This document shows, piece by piece, positions 51,977 to 64,000 of a stretch of 64,000 bases of DNA. How positions within the stretch are numbered: the first letter of the stretch is position 1; every line of letters starts with the position of its first letter. The stretch is from Eledone cirrhosa (lineage: Eukaryota), in assembly GCA_964016885.1 (NCBI GenBank), contig OZ024741.1, positions 92,566,001 through 92,630,000 on the forward strand, read 5' to 3'. The notes beneath the pieces were generated by a model that was not told the DNA's origin, did no database searches, and saw nothing but the letters and a program-made list of their open reading frames with translations. Made by a program: the position numbers and the translations under genes.

Positions 51977-52102
51977 TTCTAGGTGCTGGTCTACTGTCCA
52001 ACAAAGGTCTAGGAGATGCAAGAGATGACTCTGATGTTGAACTTTCACTGCTATTACTACCTTTACGACCAAGAAGATCTGGACTTACAGTCTTTAAAAC
52101 AC
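51977..52102 (-). CDS. KIAA0825: KIAA0825-like coding exon (first found in window)
   Basis: ccttag/gtaaga borders, phase 1 to 1; GVLKTVSPDLLGRKGSNSSESS. Confidence 0.78.
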
Positions 52103-52218
52103 CTAAGGAAAGATAAGACAAATAAACAGGCTTAAATTAATCATCAATAACAGCAGTAACCAATCGTTTCAGCATGTATAAACATATATATATGTATGTG
52201 TGTGTGTGTGTATATATA

Positions 52219-52305
<87 letters not shown>

Positions 52306-52542
52306 ATGAAGTACAAGTCAACAGGTTAAAATTAACTTTGTTTATTCCTAATCGCTGTTATATATATTTCGATGATAACTGTTATGTAAACAGACCCACC
52401 TGTATACTTCATCAAGTGCTCTACCCTGTATACTGAAGTGTCGGTGATTAACTAACACATACTCTAATTAATTTTATATATATATATATATACATAAATA
52501 TGATATTAATAAATGGAAACTATATTTATAAAACCATATTTA

Positions 52543-52597
52543 TTCTATTATATATTTCAAGGGTACCAAAACTTTGGTATGCTCTCATCAGATAAAA
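52543..52597 (-). ncRNA. Minimal hammerhead ribozyme motif (Penelope-type remnant)
   Basis: ttttat-CTGATGA-gagcataccaaa-gt-tttggtaccctt-GAA-ATATAT-A-atagaa, then AATAAA. Confidence 0.55.
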
Positions 52598-52984
52598 TAC
52601 AAAGTTTGTTTTATAAATATTGACATATCCAGGAATGAGACCTTAACGGTTCAAGTTTCACCTGGACTATCCAGGTGAAACTTAAACCGATATTATGCTC
52701 CAGAAAAGCTGTCGAGTGCTTCGAATCTGTTATAAATATATTTGTTGAATTATCAACAAATTAAATATATATAAATATATATATATATGCAAAATGTCAA
52801 CAAGGAAAAACAACACATGAGAATGATAAAGTACAACAATGGTATATATTAGTTTAATGTTTGACATAGTAGGAAAAGTGTTTTAATGTTTCAGATATTA
52901 GTCCTTCATAAGAAGATAGAATAAGAAATAGAAAAAATACAACAGGGAGAGAACAGGGAAAACAGGCGTGTAATGATAATAATA

Positions 52985-55900
52985 TAAGTGGTAGTGGAGG
53001 TGTCATGATGATGTAAGTGGTAGTGGAGGTGTCATGATGATGTAAGTGATAGTGGAGGTGCCATGATGATGTAAGTGGTAGTGGAGGTGACATGATGATG
53101 TAACTGGTAGTGGAGGTGCCATGATGATGTAAGTGATAGTGGAGGTGCCATGATGATGTAACTGGTAGTGGAGGTGCCATGATGATGTAAGTGGTAGTGG
53201 AGGTGCCATGATGATGTAAGTGGTAGTGGAGGTGACATGATGATGTAAGTGGTAGTGGAGGTGCCATGATGATGTAACTGGTAGTGGAGGTGCAATGATG
53301 ATGTAAGTGGTAGTGGAGGTGCCATGATGATGTAAGTGGTAGTGGAGGTGACATGATGATGTAAGTGGTAGTGGAGGTGACATGATGATGTAACTGGTAG
53401 TGGAGGTGCCATGATGATGTAAGTGGTAGTGGAGGTGCCATGATGATGTAACTGGTAGTGGAGGTGCCATGATGATGTAAGTGGTAGTGGAGGTGCCATG
53501 ATGATGTAAGTGGTAGTGGAGGTGACATGATGATGTAAGTGGTAGTGGAGGTGCCATGATGATGTAACTGGTAGTGGAGGTGCCATGATGATGTAAGTGG
53601 TAGTGGAGGTGCCATGATGATGTAACTGGTAGTGGAGGTGCCATGATGATGTAAGTGGTAGTGGAGGTGCCATGATGATGTAAGTGGTAGTGGAGGTGCC
53701 ATGATGATGTAACTGGTAGTGGAGGTGCCATGATGATGTAAGTGGTAGTGGAGGTGACATGATGATGTAAGTGGTAGTGGAGGTGCCATGATGATGTAAG
53801 TGGTAGTGGAGGTGACATGATGATGTAAGTGGTAGTGGAGGTGCCATGATGATGTAAGTGATAGTGGAGGTGACATGATGATGTAAGTGGTAGTGGAGGT
53901 GCCATGATGATGTAAGTGGTAGTGGAGGTGCCATGATGATGTAACTGGTAGTGGAGGTGCCATGATGATGTAACTGGTAGTGGAGGTGCCATGATGATGT
54001 AAGTGGTAGTGGAGGTGACATGATGATGTAACTGGTAGTGGAGGTGCCATGATGATGTAAGTGGTAGTGGAGGTGCCATGATGATGTAACTGGTAGTGGA
54101 GGTGCCATGATGATGTAAGTGATAGTGGAGGTGCCATGATGATGTAAGTGATAGTGGAGGTGCCATGATGATGTAAGTGGTAGTGGAGGTGCCATGATGT
54201 AAGTGGTAGTGGAGGTGACATGATGATGTAAGTGGTAGTGGAGGTGACATGATGATGTAACTGGTAGTGGAGGTGCCATGATGATGTAACTGGTAGTGGA
54301 GGTGCCATGATGATGTAAGTGGTAGTGGAGGTGCCATGATGATGTAAGTGGTAGTGGAGGTGACATGATGATGTAACTGGTAGTGGAGGTGCCATGATGA
54401 TGTAAGTGGTAGTGGAGGTGCCATGATGATGTAAGTGGTAGTGGAGGTGCCATGATGATGTAACTGGTAGTGGAGGTGCCATGATGATGTAACTGGTAGT
54501 GGAGGTGCCATGATGATGTAACTGGTAGTGGAGGTGCCATGATGATGTAAGTGGTAGTGGAGGTGCCATGATGATGTAAGTGGTAGTGGAAGTGCCATGA
54601 TGATGTAAGTGGTAGTGGAAGTGCCATGATGATGTAAGTGGTAGTGGAGGTGACATGATGATGTAAGTGGTAGTGGAGGTGACATGATGATGTAAGTGGT
54701 AGTGGAAGTGCCATGATGATGTAAGTGGTAGTGGAGGTGCAATGATGATGTAAGTGGTAGTGGAGGTGCCATGATGATGTAACTGGTAGTGGAGGTGCCA
54801 TGATGATGTAAGTGATAGTGGAGGTGCCATGATGATGTAACTGGTAATGGAGATGCCATGATGATGTAAGTGATAGTGGAGGTGCCATGATGATGTAACA
54901 AGTAGTGGAGATGCCATGATGATGTAAGTGGTAGTGGAGGTGCCATGATGATGTAAGTGATAGTGGAGGTGCCATGATGATGTAAGTGATAGTGGATGGC
55001 CATGATGATGTAAGTGATAGTGGAGGTGACATGATGATGTAAGTGGTAGTGGAGGTGCCATGATGATGTAAGTGGTAGTGGAGGTGACATGATGATGTAA
55101 GTGGTAGTGGAGGTGACATGATGATGTAAGTGGTAGTGGAGGTGCCATGATGATGTAAGTGGTAGTGGAGGTGCCATGATGATGTAAGTGGTAGTGGAGG
55201 TGTCATGATGATGTAAGTGGTAGTGGAGGTGCCATGATGATGTAAGTGGTAGTGGAGGTGCCATGATGATGTAACTGGTAGTGGAGGTGCCATGATGATG
55301 TAAGTGGTAGTGGAGGTGCCATGATGATGTAACTGGTAGTGGAGGTGCCATGATGATGATGTAACTGGTAGTGGAGGTGCCATGATGATGTAAGTGATAG
55401 TGGAGGTGCCATGATGATGTAAGTGATAGTGGGGGTGCCATGATGATGTAACTGGTAGTGGAGGTGCCATGATGATGATGTAACTGGTAGTGGAGGTGCC
55501 ATGATGATGTAAGTGGTAGTGGAGGTGCCATGATGATGTAAGTGATAGTGGGGGTGCCATGATGATGTAACTGGTAGTGGAGGTGCCATGATGATGATGT
55601 AACTGGTAGTGGAGGTGCCATGATGATGTAAGTGATAGTGGAGGTGCCATGATGATGTAAGTGATAGTGGGGGTGCCATGATGATGTAACTGGTAGTGGA
55701 GGTGCCATGATGATGATGTAACTGGTAGTGGAGGTGCCATGATGATGTAAGTGGTAGTGGAGGTGTCATGATGATGTAAGTGATAGTGGAGGTGCCATGA
55801 TGATGTAAGTGATAGTGGGGGTGCCATGATGATGTAAGTGATAGTGGAGGTGCCATGATGATGATGTAAGTAGTAGTGGAGGTGTCATGATGATGTAAGT

Positions 55901-58900
55901 GATAGTGGGGGTGCCATGATGATGTAACTGGTAGTGGAGGTGCCATGATGATGATGTAACTGGTAGTGGAGGTGCCATGATGATGATGTAAGTGGTAGTG
56001 GAGGTGCCATGATGATGATGTAAGTGGTAGTGGAGGTGCCATGATGATGATGTAAGTGGTAGTGGAGGTGCCATGATGATGTAAGTGGTAGTGGAGGTGC
56101 CATGATGATGATGTAAGTGGTAGTGGAGGTGCCATGATGATGATGTAAGTGGTAGTGGAGGTGCCATGATGATGTAACTGGTAGTGGAGGTGCCATGATG
56201 ATGATGTAAGTGGTAGTGGAGGTGCCATGATGATGTAAGTGGTAGTGGAGGTGCCATGATGATGTAAGTGGTAGTGGAGGTGCCATGATGATGTAAGTGG
56301 TAGTGGAGGTGCCATGATGATGTAACTGGTAGTGGAGGTGCCATGATGATGTAACTGGTAGTGGAGGTGCCATGATGATGTAAGTGGTAGTGGAGGTGCC
56401 ATGATGATGTAACTGGTAGTGGAGGTGCCATGATGATGTAAGTGATAGTGGAGGTGCCATGATGATGATGTAAGTGGTAGTGGAGGTGCCATGATGATGT
56501 AAGTGGTAGTGGAGGTGCCATGATGATGTAAGTGATAGTGGAGGTGCCATGATGATGATGTAAGTGATAGTGGAGGTGCCATGATGATGATGTAAGTGAT
56601 AGTGGAGGTGCCATGATGATGTAAGTGGTAGTGGAGGTGCCATGATGATGTAAGTGATAGTGGAGGTGCCATGATGATGATGTAAGTGATAGTGGAGGTG
56701 CCATGATGATGTAACTGGTAGTGGAGGTGCCATGATGATGTAACTGGTAGTGGAGGTGCCATGATGATGTAACTGGTAGTGGAGGTGCCATGATGATGTA
56801 ACTGGTAGTGGAGGTGCCATGATGATGTAACTGCTAGTGGAGGTGCCATGATGATGTAAGTGGTAGTGGAGGTGCCATGATGATGTAACTGGTAGTGGAG
56901 GTGCCATGATGATGTAAGTGATAGTGGAGGTGCCATGATGATGATGTAAGTGGTAGTGGAGGTGCCATGATGATGTAACTGGTAGTGGAGGTGCCATGAT
57001 GATGTAAGTGGTAGTGGAGGTGCCATGATGATGTAACTGGTAGTGGAGGTGCCATGGTGATGATGTAAGTGGTAGTGGAGGTGCCATGATGATGTAACTG
57101 GTAGTGGAGGTGCCATGATGATGTAAGTGGTAGTGGAGGTGCCATGATGATGTAAGTGGTAGTGGAGGTGCCATGATGATGTAAGTGGTAGTGGAGGTGC
57201 CATGATGATGTAACTGGTAGTGGAGGTGCCATGATGATGTAAGTGGTAGTGGAGGTGCCATGATGATGTAAGTGATAGTGGAGGTGACATGGTGATGTAA
57301 CTGGTAGTGGAGGTGCCATGATGATGTAAGTGGTAGTGGAGGTGCCATGGTGATGTAAGTGGTAGTGGAGGTGCCATGATGATGTAAGTGGTAGTGGAGG
57401 TGGCATGATGATGTAAGTGGTAGTGGAGGTGCCATGATGATGTAAGTGGTAGTGGAGGTGCCATGGTGATGTAAGTGGTAGTGGAGGTGCCATGATGATG
57501 TAAGTGGTAGTGGAGGTGACATGATGATGTAAGTGGTAGTGGAGGTGCCATGATGATGTAAGTGGTAGTGGAGGTGCCATGATGATGTAAGTGGTAGTGG
57601 AGGTGCCATGATGATGTAACTGGTAGTGGAGGTGCCATGATGATGTAACTGGTAGTGGAGGTGCCATGATGATGTAAGTGATAGTGGAGGTGCCATGATG
57701 ATGTAAGTGATAGTGGAGGTGCCATGATGATGTAAGTGGTAGTGGAGGTGCCATGATGATGTAAGTGATAGTGGAGGTGCCATGATGATGTAAGTGATAG
57801 TGGAGGTGCCATGATGATGTAAGTGATAGTGGAGGTGACATGATGATGATGTAAGTGGTAGTGGAGGTGCCATGGTGATGTAAGTGGTAGTGGAGGTGAC
57901 ATGATGATGTAAGTGGTAGTGGAGGTGACATGATGATGTAAGTGGTAGTGGAGGTGCCATGATGATGTAAGTGGTAGTGGAGGTGCCATGATGATGTAAG
58001 TGATAGTGGAGGTGACATGATGATGTAAGTGGTAGTGGAGGTGCCATGATGATGTAAGTGGTAGTGGAGGTGCCATGATGATGTAACTGGTAGTGGAAGT
58101 GCCATGATGATGTAACTGGTAGTGGAGGAGCCATGATGATGTAACTGGTAGTGGAGGTGACATGATGATGTAAGTGATAGTGGAGGTGCCATGATGATGT
58201 AACTGGTAGTGGAGGTGACATGATGATGTAAGTGGTAGTGGAGGTGACATGATGATGTAAGTGGTAGTGGAGGTGCCATGATGATGTAAGTGATAGTGGA
58301 GGTGCCATGATGATGTAAGTGATAGTGGAGGTGCCATGATGATGTAAGTGATAGTGGAGGTGACATGATGATGTAAGTGGTAGTGGAGGTGCCATGATGA
58401 TGTAAGTGATAGTGGAGGTGACATGATGATGTAAGTGGTAGTGGAGGTGCCATGATGATGTAAGTGGTAGTGGAGGTGCCATGATGATGTAAGTGGTAGT
58501 GGAGGTGCCATGATGATGTAAGTGATAGTGGAGGTGCCATGATGATGTAAGTGATAGTGGAGGTGCCATGATGATGTAAGTGATAGTGGAGGTGCCATGA
58601 TGATGTAAGTGATAGTGGAGGTGACATGATGATGATGTAAGTGGTAGTGGAGGTGCCATGATGATGTAAGTGATAGTGGAGGTGACATGATGATGTAAGT
58701 GGTAGTGGAGGTGCCATGATGATGTAAGTGGTAGTGGAGGTGCCATGATGATGTAAGTGATAGTGGAGGTGCCATGATGATGTAAGTGATAGTGGAGGTG
58801 CCATGATGATGTAAGTGATAGTGGAGGTGCCATGATGATGTAAGTGGTAGTGGAGGTGCCATGATGATGTAAGTGGTAGTGGAGGTGACATGATGATGTA

Positions 58901-61857
58901 AGTGGTAGTGGAGGTGACATGATGATGTAAGTGGTAGTGGAGGTGCCATGATGATGTAAGTGATAGTGGAGGTGCCATGATGATGTAAGTGATAGTGGAG
59001 ATGCCATGATGATGTAAGTGGTAGTGGAGGTGTCATGATGATGTAAGTGGTAGTGGAGGTGACATGATGATGTAAGTGGTAGTGGAGGTGCCATGATGAT
59101 GTAAGTGATAGTGGAGGTGCCATGATGATGTAACTGGTAGTGGAGGTGCCATGATGATGTAAGTGATAGTGGAGGTGCCATGATGATGTAAGTGATAGTG
59201 GAGGTGCCATGATGATGTAACTGGTAGTGGAGGTGCCATGATGATGTAAGTGATAGTGGAGGTGCCATGATGATGTAAGTAGTAGTGGAGGTGACATGAT
59301 GATGTAAGTGGTAGTGGAGGTGACATGATGATGTAAGTGGTAGTGGAGGTGCCATGATGATGTAAGTGGTAGTGGAGGTGCCATGATGATGTAACTGGTA
59401 GTGGAGGTGACATGATGATGTAACTGGTAGTGGAGGTGCCATGATGATGTAAGTGGTAGTGGAGGTGCCATGATGATGTAAGTGGTAGTGGAGGTGCCAT
59501 GATGATGTAACTGGTAGTGGAGGTGACATGATGATGTAAGTGGTAGTGGAGGTGCCATGATGATGTAAGTGGTAGTGGAGGTGCCATGATGATGTAACTG
59601 GTAGTGGAGGTGACATGATGATGTAACTGGTAGTGGAGGTGCCATGATGATGTAAGTGGTAGTGGAGGTGCCATGATGATGTAACTGGTAGTGGAGGTGC
59701 CATGATGATGTAACTGGTAGTGGAGGTGCCATGATGATGTAAGTGGTAGTGGAGGTGCCATGATGATGTAAGTGATAGTGGAGATGCCATGATGATGATG
59801 TAAGTGGTAGTGGAGGTGCCATGATGATGTAAGTGGTAGTGGAGGTGCCATGGTGATGTAAGTGGTAGTGGAAGTGCCATGATGATGTAACTGGTAGTGG
59901 AGGTGCCATGATGATGTAAGTGGTAGTGGAGGTGCCATGATGATGTAAGTGATAGTGGAGGTGCCATGATGATGTAAGTGATAGTGGAGGTGCCATGATG
60001 ATGTAAGTGGTAGTGGAGGTGCCATGATGATGTAAGTGATAGTGGAGGTGCCATGATGATGTAAGTGATAGTGGAGGTGCCATGATGATGTAAGTGATAG
60101 TGGAGGTGCCATGATGATGTAAGTGGTAGTGGAGGTGCCATGATGATGTAAGTGGTAGTGGAGGTGCCATGATGATGTAAGTGGTAGTGGAGGTGCCATG
60201 ATGATGTAAGTGATAGTGGAGGTGCCATGATGATGTAACTGGTAGTGGAGGTGCCATGATGATGTAAGTGGTAGTGGAGGTGCCATGATGATGTAAGTGG
60301 TAGTGGAGGTGCCATGATGATGTAAGTGGTAGTGGAGGTGCCATGATGATGTAAGTGGTAGTGGAGGTGCCATGATGATGTAAGTGATAGTGGAGGTGCC
60401 ATGATGATGTAAGTGATAGTGGAGGTGCCATGATGATGTAACTGGTAGTGGAGGTGCCATGATGATGTAACTGGTAGTGGAGGTGCCATGATGATGTAAG
60501 TGATAGTGGAGGTGCCATGATGATGTAAGTGGTAGTGGAGGTGCCATGATGATGTAACTGGTAGTGGAGGTGCCATGATGATGTAACTGGTAGTGGAGGT
60601 GCCATGATGATGTAACTGGTAGTGGAGGTGCCATGATGATGTAACTGGTAGTGGAGGTGCCATGATGATGTAACTGGTAGTGGAGGTGCCATGATGATGT
60701 AAGTGATAGTGGAGGTGACATGATGATGTAAGTGGTAGTGGAGGTGCCATGATGATGTAAGTGGTAGTGGAGGTGCCATGATGATGTAACTGGTAGTGGA
60801 GGTGCCATGATGATGTAACTGGTAGTGGAGGTGCCATGATGATGTAAGTGATAGTGGAGGTGACATGATGATGTAAGTGGTAGTGGAGGTGTCATGATGA
60901 TGTAACTGGTAGTGGAGGTGCCATGATGATGTAAGTGGTAGTGGAGGTGCCATGATGATGTAACTGGTAGTGGAGGTGCCATGGTGATGTAACTGGTAGT
61001 GGAGGTGCCATGGTGATGTAAGTGGTAGTGGAGGTGCCATGATGATGTAAGTGATAGTGGAGGTGCCATGATGATGTAAGTGGTAGTGGAGGTGCCATGA
61101 TGATGTAAGTGGTAGTGGAGGTGCCATGATGATGTAAGTGATAGTGGAGGTGCCATGATGATGTAAGTGGTAGTGGAGGTGCCATGATGATGTAACTGGT
61201 AGTGGAGGTGACATGATGATGTAAGTGGTAGTGGAGGTGCCATGATGATGTAAGTGGTAGTGGAGGTGCCATGGTGATGTAAGTGATAGTGGAGGAGCCA
61301 TGATGATGTAACTGGTAGTGGAGGTGACATGATGATGTAAGTGGTAGTGGAGGTGCCATGATGATGTAAGTGGTAGTGGAGGTGACATGATGATGTAAGT
61401 GGTAGTGGAAGTGCCATGATGATGTAAGTGGTAGTGGAGGTGCCATGATGATGTAAGTGATAGTGGAGGAGCCATGATGATGTAACTGGTAGTGGAGGTG
61501 ACATGATGATGTAACTGGTAGTGGAGGTGACATGATGATGTAAGTGGTAGTGGAAGTGCCATGATGATGTAACTGGTAGTGGAGGTGCCATGATGATGTA
61601 AGTGGTAGTGGAAGTGCCATGATGATGTAACTGGTAGTGGAGGTGCCATGATGATGTAACTGGTAGTGGAGGTGCCATGATGATGATGTAAGTGGTAGTG
61701 GAGGTGACATGATGATGTAACTGGTAGTGGAGGTGCCATGATGATGTAACTGGTAGTGGAGGTGCCATGATGATGTAACTGGTAGTGGAGGTGCCATGAT
61801 GATGTAAGTGATAGTGGAGGAGCCATGATGATGATGTAAGTGGTAGTGGAGGTGCCA
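52985..61857. repeat. 29-bp tandem array (about 300 copies), consensus TGTAAGTGGTAGTGGAGGTGCCATGATGA
   Basis: Seen directly; few recurrent variants, plus 32-bp units with an extra GAT. Confidence 0.98.
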
Positions 61858-62045
61858 CAAAAAAGCACACTCACTACAGGGTGTAAGATGGATGGCATTA
61901 GGAACGACATCCAAGTGTAGAATCCATGCCAAATATGGAATGTATGAGCAAGATGATATTACTTAAGTCTATCTGGTCTTTGATCATGACAACCAGTAAA
62001 ACCCATACCAGTGTGGAAAGCAGATGTAAAAAGATGAGGATGATA
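61858..62045 (+). mobile_element. RTE 3'-UTR remnant continuous with the satellite
   Basis: caaaaaagcac.ctcact...ttaggaa...catcca..tgtagaa...aacccat...tggaa...gatgaggatgat matches 15240-15475. Confidence 0.7.
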
Positions 62046-62200
62046 TACATATACACATATATACATTTACTTTGCAAGTAGATGTTCATCACAGCTCAGC
62101 AATCAGCTCCCTCCTGCTGATTATTATTATCATCATTTAATGTCCGTTTTCCTTAATAGCAAGGGTTGGACTACATACATATATATGAGTGATCTCTTAA

Positions 62201-62244
<44 letters not shown>

Positions 62245-62729
62245 AAAAGAGTCAGGACCCCAACGGCTGAGCTCCAGCCGTTTCGACAGCTATGTCTGAA
62301 CTAACGCAGTAGTGTCAGGATGGTAGTAGTCTAGCTGAACTTTTCAAGGGGTAATTCCATATATGGGGATGCAATGGAGCGTGATCCACCTGGTTCCTTA
62401 CCACACTTCCATCGTTTTATATATATATATAAATATGTATTTTTTTTTCGTTTTTGTATTTATTTTGCAAGATTTCTTATCTGAAAATGTGTATTGAAAC
62501 AGATATTGTTGTACTTTGGGAGGGTCATGCTGCCAATAAAAAGACATGCACCTGTTGGTTTTCACTTCAATTTATTACAAATTTCCAGTTAGTTTAATAA
62601 CCAGATGGTTGTTTATTAGTTTATTGTCAAAGCTCTTTTATCACACATCTGTGACCTCCTCAGAGACTAATTTGTTATTTTGTGTGTCTCCTTTGTTCTG
62701 TCCTACACCATCTAGTTTTTTTTAATGGA

Positions 62730-63935
62730 TGCCCTTTTGTCATGACACCTACACAACCACTTTACAATGTGGGCTGAGGGCTTTTTGTTGTGACACCTCA
62801 CCTATCCAACCACTTTACAGTGCAGGCTGGGCATTTTTTGTCATTACACCCACATGACCACTTTACAGTGTGGGCTGGGCACTTTTTGTTGTGACACCTA
62901 CATGACCACTTTACATTGTAGGCTGGACGCTTTTTGTTGTGTCACCATCATGACTACTTTATAGTGTGGGCTGGGGTCTTGGGTGGGTGGGGGAGTTGAT
63001 CTAGGGAGTATGTGAGGTGGTGGGATGTTCAGACATAGGTGGAATGTTAGGACATGGGAGGTACAAGACAGGGAGGGTTGTTAGAGCATGGAGGTGTATG
63101 GAGGGAAGAGTAGTGCATACAAGATGTAAGCTTCAACCCGTGCACATGGGAAGGCAGGTCTTCTGTATTATTTCCTAATGCCAGAGATCTCGATCCTATG
63201 TCATTGCCTTCAAGAGGTGCAATTGTGCATGGTCAGCTTTTATCCCCTCATCCCAAGTCTTCCTAGGTCTCCCTACACAGTAGCATCCATCAACCTTGAG
63301 CCCTCTGCACCTTTTCATACAGCTGCTATCCTTCATACACATCACATGCCCATACCAGCGTGTTCTCCTCTCCTGCACACTGTATCTGACTCCTCTTATA
63401 TTCAGTTTCTCTCTCAGTTCATTTATGCGTTGGCGTTTATGTATATTACTATTACACATCTATAGAAGCATGGAAGCTTCATTTTTTTCCAGTCTTCATA
63501 GGTCCTCTGCACACAGCACCTAGGTCTCACTACCATGCAACATTGCTGTTCATATACACGCATATTACAATCTGCTCTTCATTTTGAGGGAAAAACCTTT
63601 TGTGGCTAGCAGCAGTTGTAGCTCCCTGAACTTTCTCCACTCTAGTTACAGTACTTTTGGAACACACACCTCACTGCTAATTTGGTTGCTCAGGTAACAG
63701 AAACTATCAACTACTTCTACCGAGCCCTCTGGGCATTTAAAAGAGTTAGTATCCTGTGGGCTGTAGCTACTTACTGCACCTGTGCAACAACCACATACAA
63801 AACATGCGTTCTTTGATAGCCTACCCAAGATCCCACTACATCTCTTGTGTATCCATAGTTTGCACTTGGGTTATAGATGGAGTTTCTACCTACTCCTTTC
63901 CTATACACTGAAGAAGGCCATTTCCTTGAGGAAAT
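62730..63935 (-). mobile_element. Decayed 5'-truncated RTE LINE with 3'-UTR minisatellite
   Basis: VDSFCYL, RWYGHVM, GRPRKTW; subrepeats of about 40 bp at 62735-62975. Confidence 0.85.
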
Positions 63936-64000
63936 CTATAAAAAAAAATTGATGGTAAAATAGGGATTCTTATATTGCTTATATTCAAGGCCAATATTTT

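Noticed and set aside
52985-61857. CRISPR array or telomeric repeat
   Set aside because: No unique spacers or cas genes, the context is eukaryotic, and the unit is not TTAGGG-like.
52854-61932. Giant His-rich ORFs (up to 2235 aa) as real genes
   Set aside because: All three minus frames give the same repeat peptide because the 29-bp unit lacks stops. There is no unique domain or codon-position bias, and the unit derives from a LINE UTR.
62046-64000. Upstream KIAA0825 exon or promoter
   Set aside because: No phase-1 exon with recognizable homology was found; the region is repeat-derived.

Overview
Eukaryotic, AT-rich, repeat-dense genomic DNA. The SINE, RTE and microsatellite landscape looks like an octopod cephalopod, which is an inference. 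One host gene crosses the window on the minus strand: a KIAA0825 (DUF4495-type) homologue. I could splice 18 coding exons (52102 down to 45, 2567 nt, about 855 codons) with GT-AG borders and consistent phases; its 5' and 3' exons lie outside the window or were not found. The introns hold RTE LINEs, a near-complete L1/Tx1-type LINE, a young Gypsy LTR element, a CR1 LINE, CRE-like fragments, a Helitron, TTAA MITEs, two SINE families and an 8.9-kb 29-bp tandem array. Two less obvious signals stand out. First, there are several minimal hammerhead-ribozyme motifs of the Penelope type, including an intact one sitting antisense in the apparent 5' end of the Tx1-like LINE. Second, the 29-bp satellite can be traced to one subunit of an RTE 3' UTR. 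No database searches were run; family and orthologue calls rest on motifs recalled from memory.
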